From NCBI RefSeq assembly GCF_011602385.1, contig NZ_JAAOMA010000010.1, positions 10,003 through 34,002 on the forward strand: 24,000 nt of DNA. The letters run 5' to 3'. The position numbers were made by a program, and so were the translations under genes. The stretch is from Chromobacterium fluminis. Its GTDB lineage: Bacteria; Pseudomonadota; Gammaproteobacteria; Burkholderiales; Chromobacteriaceae. Numbering within the stretch: position 1 is the first letter of the stretch; the number at the start of each line of letters is the position of its first letter. Positions 20,155 through 24,000 of this stretch are shown one piece after another. The notes beneath the pieces are model-generated. The model was not told where the DNA came from. It did no database searches and saw nothing but the letters and a program-made list of their open reading frames with translations.

Positions 20155-20730
20155 ATGGCTGCGCGCGCAATCGTCCGGGAGGGCGATACCACTTCACATG
20201 GCGGCACCGTGCTGGAGTCATTCCCCAACTTCAATATCTATGGCAAGAACGCATCCGGCATCGGCCACCGTGGCTACTGTCCGCAGTGCAGGACAGAGTT
20301 CGTCATCGTGGCCGGGGCGCAAAACGTCATCTTCATGGGCAAGAATGTGGCGGTGGAAGGGATGCTCACTTCCTGCGGCGCAGTCCTGATTGCCTCCCAG
20401 TCTCAAGCCACGGTAGATACCGACCCTGGCGCAGCCAAGAGGGTGCCCGGGCCGCTGAGCGCGATGATAGCGGCGGGGGCGCCCTTGCCGGCGGTTGGCC
20501 AGCATTGGATTGGTTTCTCGCTTCCCGCAGAGGAAAATTATGCAGACTTGGTTTGTTTGGTTAACTTCAGTGATGGTAGCTTAAAAGAGGTTAAGTTTGG
20601 TCAAGATGGCTGTGTCAGGATTGATGCTATTGCTGAGATCACCGGGGTTAAAGTCGAATTGAAAAATGATATCGATGTGGATAGTAGCGAGAGCATGACT
20701 CGCACCCTTGCCAATTTGATTGGAGTTTAA
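20155..20730 (+). CDS. PAAR-domain protein (T6SS spike-tip type) with a ~75-aa C-terminal extension domain
   Basis: I prefer the ATG at 20155 (AGGA 5 nt upstream). MAARAIVREGDTTSHGGTVL...GIGHRGYCPQC...VIFMGKNVAVEGMLTSCGAVLIAS shows the GD.T.HGG opening, His/Cys metal-site residues and the closing CGA.LI typical of PAAR proteins. Then come a Pro/Ala linker and a beta-rich tail (aa 116-191). The overlapping 229-aa ORF 19875..20564 is rejected. Confidence 0.85.
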   Translation: MAARAIVREGDTTSHGGTVLESFPNFNIYGKNASGIGHRGYCPQCRTEFVIVAGAQNVIFMGKNVAVEGMLTSCGAVLIASQSQATVDTDPGAAKRVPGPLSAMIAAGAPLPAVGQHWIGFSLPAEENYADLVCLVNFSDGSLKEVKFGQDGCVRIDAIAEITGVKVELKNDIDVDSSESMTRTLANLIGV

Positions 20731-20733
20731 CCA

Positions 20734-21579
20734 ATGACTGACGTGACTTATGGTCGAAGTAGAAGTGCAGGTACTTCAACGATTGGTGGGGTAAGTATCC
20801 CATCGCATAAAATAGAATACTTAGGGCAATATCAAGTCAATAGAAATCATGAACTCGAGTCGCCATTAAAGAGAAGCATTGCGGACATGAAAGGCGCAGC
20901 GGCACGCTTTGCGGCGGATGCTATTAATGATGCGAAAATAAGAGTTTCTTATGAGGGAAATATACAAAGGATGGCGCAAGCTGTTTTAGACGAGGTTCAT
21001 GCGGGCAGTATGACGGCCAAGGAAGGCATGGAGTTTGCTACCGATATGCGGAATAAGATTATGATGGAGCACCGAGCGGTCACTTCGGCACAAGGTGTTG
21101 CCGCAGCGGAAAAACATAAATTAAAAGGACGGACTATCAAGGAGTTATTGGATAAGACTGCTGGGAAAATATTTAATAAAGGTTTCGATAGTCTAACGTC
21201 TGTTGAACAAAATAAGGTTTACTATGCGATTATCGAATCTTCAGCACGACCAAGTGGCACAATAAATACAAGAGTGAAAGTAATAAATGTGATGGGGAAA
21301 GTGGGGTGGGTTGTGACGGCAACCTTGGCTACTTATGCGATTGCTAATGCAGGGGATAAAAAGAAAGAGATAGTGAGGCAAGGGGCTATTATTGGTGGAG
21401 GTATGGCGGGTGGCTATCTGGCAGGTATTCTTGTGACGCCAATATGTGGGCCGGGTGCGCCAATTTGTGCAATTGCTGTTGTCTTGGTAGGTAGTGTTAT
21501 TGGTGCGGGGGTGTCAGAGCACATAGTTGATAGTATTGATGAAGAAATGGAGGAGTTTGCAAAATGGAATATGCAATAA
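20734..21579 (+). CDS. putative PAAR-associated effector: helical domain plus C-terminal glycine-zipper hydrophobic hairpin (colicin-like pore-former candidate)
   Basis: GGAG RBS; the ATG is 3 nt after the PAAR stop. aa 217-260, GAIIGGGMAGGYLAGILVTPICGPGAPICAIAVVLVGSVIGAGV, form a 44-residue hydrophobic hairpin with a central Pro/Gly turn. An amphipathic helical region precedes it (KGRTIKELLDKTAGKIF, SLTSVEQNKVYYAII) and an acidic tail follows (IVDSIDEEMEEF). The CDS call is solid; the function is inferred. Confidence 0.6.
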   Translation: MTDVTYGRSRSAGTSTIGGVSIPSHKIEYLGQYQVNRNHELESPLKRSIADMKGAAARFAADAINDAKIRVSYEGNIQRMAQAVLDEVHAGSMTAKEGMEFATDMRNKIMMEHRAVTSAQGVAAAEKHKLKGRTIKELLDKTAGKIFNKGFDSLTSVEQNKVYYAIIESSARPSGTINTRVKVINVMGKVGWVVTATLATYAIANAGDKKKEIVRQGAIIGGGMAGGYLAGILVTPICGPGAPICAIAVVLVGSVIGAGVSEHIVDSIDEEMEEFAKWNMQ

Positions 21580-22028
21580 CTGCCTTCAGTTTGCTTAAGG
21601 ATGATAAGCCATCAAACGATGGGAATATTTATTACTTCCTATTGTTTGATGGAAATAAAACGGGAGTGAGGACGTATTGTGAATCGATTTTTGCGCAATA
21701 TCATCTAGTTAAAAGCAATAGATATTTAATAGTGTTGGAGAATAGCTATTGGGAGGGGGATGATTATGTTTTTTATCTGCTAGATGCCCGTTGTGAAGTG
21801 CTGGATTGTATGAATGTTATTTGGTTTGAGGGGGACCCTGGGCATATACAGCACTATCAGTTGAGTGATGATGAGTTTTGCTTTGAAAAGTATGAGAACA
21901 ATAAAAAGTATACGCTGAGGATTAGTGATGAGGGGGAGCTCCGTTACTCGGGGGCAGATTTCAAATATAGGGCATTGCTCGACTTCATTAAGCCGCGTAA
22001 ATTTCTGGCCCTGGCTGTGCAGGGGTAA
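21564..22028 (+). CDS. 154-aa soluble protein, paralog 1 (immunity or accessory candidate)
   Basis: The ATG lies inside the last 16 nt of the effector gene (GGAGGAG RBS 8 nt upstream). No signal peptide or TM segment. Clearly homologous to the next gene. Confidence 0.75.
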   Translation: MEYAITAFSLLKDDKPSNDGNIYYFLLFDGNKTGVRTYCESIFAQYHLVKSNRYLIVLENSYWEGDDYVFYLLDARCEVLDCMNVIWFEGDPGHIQHYQLSDDEFCFEKYENNKKYTLRISDEGELRYSGADFKYRALLDFIKPRKFLALAVQG

Positions 22029-22095
22029 TGCCTGCGCCCCTATTCATCTGCTGGGAATGGTAGAGTATGGCCTAGTGAGGGGGAGAGGGAGCTAG

Positions 22096-22560
22096 ATGGC
22101 AAATGCAATAAAAGAATTTGATGTGATAGAAAGCCCAAGAAAGCCAGGGTGTGTGATTGTTTACTTTGATCTTTTGCATAACGGCCAGAAAACAGGCGTC
22201 AAGGTAATGAGCGAGTCGGTTTTTGCTCAGTACTGGATGGAAGATTCTGAACGTTATTTTTTAGTATTTCAGAATGCTCCCTGGGAGGAAACTAATTATG
22301 AATTTTATCTTTTAACAAAAGATTTTCTGGTTTTGGATCGCGTGCATCTATTTTCGCCTGATGGCCGTGATGATGAATTGATTGATAGTTACGAGCTGAA
22401 GGATGGTGTCTTTTCCTTTAGAAAATACGAGAACGGTAATAGGTATAATGTGCTGATTGATAAGAAGGGAAAGATTCGATATGCCTTTAGTGATTTTAAG
22501 TATCGATTAATATCAGGGGCGCTAAAACCGGTCAAGTATCTGCAGTTAACCCCCTTGTGA
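22096..22560 (+). CDS. 154-aa soluble protein, paralog 2 (immunity or accessory candidate)
   Basis: GGGAG RBS. My hand alignment to 21564..22028 gives roughly 35-40% identity with two 1-aa indels (shared blocks GxKTGV, ESxFAQY, RYxxV, YxFYLL, VLD, FxKYEN, RYxxxDFKYR). Confidence 0.75.
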   Translation: MANAIKEFDVIESPRKPGCVIVYFDLLHNGQKTGVKVMSESVFAQYWMEDSERYFLVFQNAPWEETNYEFYLLTKDFLVLDRVHLFSPDGRDDELIDSYELKDGVFSFRKYENGNRYNVLIDKKGKIRYAFSDFKYRLISGALKPVKYLQLTPL

Positions 22561-22603
22561 ATTATCGGAAGGGGAGTATTTTTGGTTGTGCCAGGGAGGT
22601 GGT

Positions 22604-22975
22604 ATGGGGTTTTTGTCTCGATTGTTTAAGTGGAAGTCAAGACGAGCCGTGGAGAAGGTTGTGTTTGATGAGAGTAAAATTATCCATAGCCCATTGAAGG
22701 GTGAGGATATTGAGTTCCATTGGGCCGATCTGAGCGAGGTAAGTATCGAAACCACGGATCAAGGGCCGTTTGTAGATGACGTGTTTTGGGTGCTTGCTGG
22801 AGGTGGTCGGTTTTGTCGCATTTCAAGCAATGCGGAAGGCATGGAGGAACTCTTGGAGAAATTGGGTGAGTTACCTGAGTTTGATCACCAGATGGCTATC
22901 GTTGCGATGAGCGTAGCAACAAACGCAAGGTTTGAATGTTGGAAAAAGCAGGGATTGGTTCCTGTTGAAGCGTAA
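22604..22975 (+). CDS. hypothetical 123-aa protein
   Basis: I prefer the ATG at 22604 (GGGAGG 4 nt upstream) over the track TTG at 22586. MGFLSRLFKWKSRR... No TM segment or signal peptide. Low GC like the rest of the cassette. Confidence 0.65.
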   Translation: MGFLSRLFKWKSRRAVEKVVFDESKIIHSPLKGEDIEFHWADLSEVSIETTDQGPFVDDVFWVLAGGGRFCRISSNAEGMEELLEKLGELPEFDHQMAIVAMSVATNARFECWKKQGLVPVEA

Positions 22976-23047
22976 AGTGCTTAGTTCTGAAACCTATGCA
23001 GGCTAAGTGGCGCTAGAACGGCTTGTTTCTGCTGACCTTGTAATGAT

Positions 23048-23710
23048 ATGCGCATGAATCATTTCGCGGTTTTACTGTTTCTGCCAACATTGGCCTTGGC
23101 TGCTGAGGTGTTTAATGGTTATGAGACCTATTATAGCCGCTTGCCAAATCGCTTATTCCCGTCTCCTAGTGTCGAGCTAGAGCCTTTCAGCCTGGAGGGG
23201 GAACCGGAGGTCCGATATGTTTGGCAGGGCATGGCAGCGGGTCGCCATCATAAGGTAGAGCTGAAAGAGGGCAAGATCATCCTGGATGGGCGGACATGGT
23301 TGGCCAAGTCGATCAGAGCCTTTCCCGGCGAGGTGGTTAATGCAGGCGATCTGGGGAGAGAGGCCGTAGCCTATTTCGCCACCGGTTGGGCATGTGTGGA
23401 AAATACCCCAGCATCGGCCTCGGGTACGGCGGCGAGGCACAAGTCGGTCTACCTGTTGCGCTTGGGCAGATCCAAGCCTCAAGGATGGAAGCTACCCAGC
23501 CTGTTTGCATCCTGTCAGGGCCTTAGGTTTTTGAACGGCCAAGTACGGTTCGACAAGCTTGAGTATCGCTATCGGAGTGGCAAGGATGAGCCGGCTGGGG
23601 TGGTACTCCATGAGTACGCGATTAAGTCCGGCCGATTTGTGCCCTTGGCGGGCAAGCGTTTCGCCTTCTTTGTAGAGGAGGGGAATGTGTATAGATTTTT
23701 GCTTGATTGA
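23048..23710 (+). CDS. hypothetical periplasmic/secreted 220-aa protein
   Basis: Signal peptide MRMNHFAVLLFLPTLALA/AEV (alternative ATG at 23054). Intermediate GC (about 55% in 23221..23280). No recognisable family. Confidence 0.7.
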   Translation: MRMNHFAVLLFLPTLALAAEVFNGYETYYSRLPNRLFPSPSVELEPFSLEGEPEVRYVWQGMAAGRHHKVELKEGKIILDGRTWLAKSIRAFPGEVVNAGDLGREAVAYFATGWACVENTPASASGTAARHKSVYLLRLGRSKPQGWKLPSLFASCQGLRFLNGQVRFDKLEYRYRSGKDEPAGVVLHEYAIKSGRFVPLAGKRFAFFVEEGNVYRFLLD

Positions 23711-23898
23711 TTGCTGTGGAAGAGCCTGCACCAATCAGTTACGTGCCCCGTTTTCTATCACACCGATGCACGCAGTCCCCCGCATAGGTGTGCACATCGC
23801 TCCAGTTGCATGCTCCCCCGTTTCTAGTCTTCGCAAGCGCTCGCCATAGGCAAGGAGTGGCTTACGGGCTGTTGTTGTTTGGCGAAAGCGAAGTGCGG

Positions 23899-24000
23899 AT
23901 GGAAGGCGGCGGCTGTACCGCAATCGCCCGGGAGGGCGATATCACCTCCACTGTGCTTGGGTTTCGGTTCTACCGTCCCCATGACCGCATTCTCTCCAAA
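23899..24000 (+). CDS. start of a second PAAR-like ORF (runs off the window); possibly degenerate
   Basis: The ATG at 23899 opens MEGGGCTAIAREGDITSTVLGFRFYRPHDRILSK. nt 23920..23949 match nt 20167..20196 of the first PAAR gene at 26/30 positions. After an exact 9-nt gap (the HGG codons) another 10/14 positions match. Only 34 codons are visible. Confidence 0.35.
   Translation, partial: MEGGGCTAIAREGDITSTVLGFRFYRPHDRILSK

Noticed and set aside
19875-20564. 229-aa plus-strand ORF overlapping the PAAR gene in another frame
   Set aside because: It is an Arg/Gly-rich nonsense-like sequence with no RBS. The alternative frame gives a textbook PAAR N-terminus, with an AGGA RBS at the ATG at 20155.
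22546-22755. 69-aa minus-strand ORF, checked because pore-forming colicin immunity genes are classically encoded on the opposite strand downstream of the toxin
   Set aside because: The translation has no transmembrane segments or RBS, and it overlaps two better-supported plus-strand genes.

Overview
High-GC proteobacterial chromosomal segment; the gene content looks beta-/gamma-proteobacterial, but I cannot verify taxonomy. It holds five housekeeping or conserved blocks and two low-GC accessory insertions. In order: (1) the 3' part of an EAL c-di-GMP phosphodiesterase gene. (2) A groES-groEL operon (minus strand) whose products lack canonical C-termini. (3) A 7.4-kb, ten-gene, almost spacer-free minus-strand operon (11199 to 3759): FAD-oxidoreductase, DUF1365, CFA-synthase-like methyltransferase, DUF3833 lipoprotein, SDR, NTF2-like protein, DUF2256 zinc ribbon, FeS-type (6-4) photolyase-like protein, lipocalin Blc and a Trp-rich small protein. 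This is the conserved photo-oxidative-stress / furan-fatty-acid type cluster, here paired with a divergent TetR regulator. (4) A ~1.1-kb low-GC islet with one Sec-secreted protein carrying a permuted-papain (His before Cys) signature. (5) A bglG-bglF-bglB-porin beta-glucoside operon (minus strand) with two clear RAT/terminator antitermination elements. (6) The most interesting part, 20155 to the window end: an orphan PAAR gene whose GC content drops from about 67% to about 43% inside the gene. It is followed, tightly coupled, by a 281-aa protein with a colicin-like helical domain and a glycine-zipper hydrophobic hairpin, two paralogous 154-aa soluble proteins, a 123-aa protein and a 220-aa periplasmic protein. 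A second PAAR-like gene start then repeats the first PAAR 5' end but lacks the HGG codons. No T6SS core genes, tRNA, rRNA, CRISPR array, transposase or integrase could be recognised. All functional calls rest on my reading of the translated ORFs and remembered family motifs; no database search was run.
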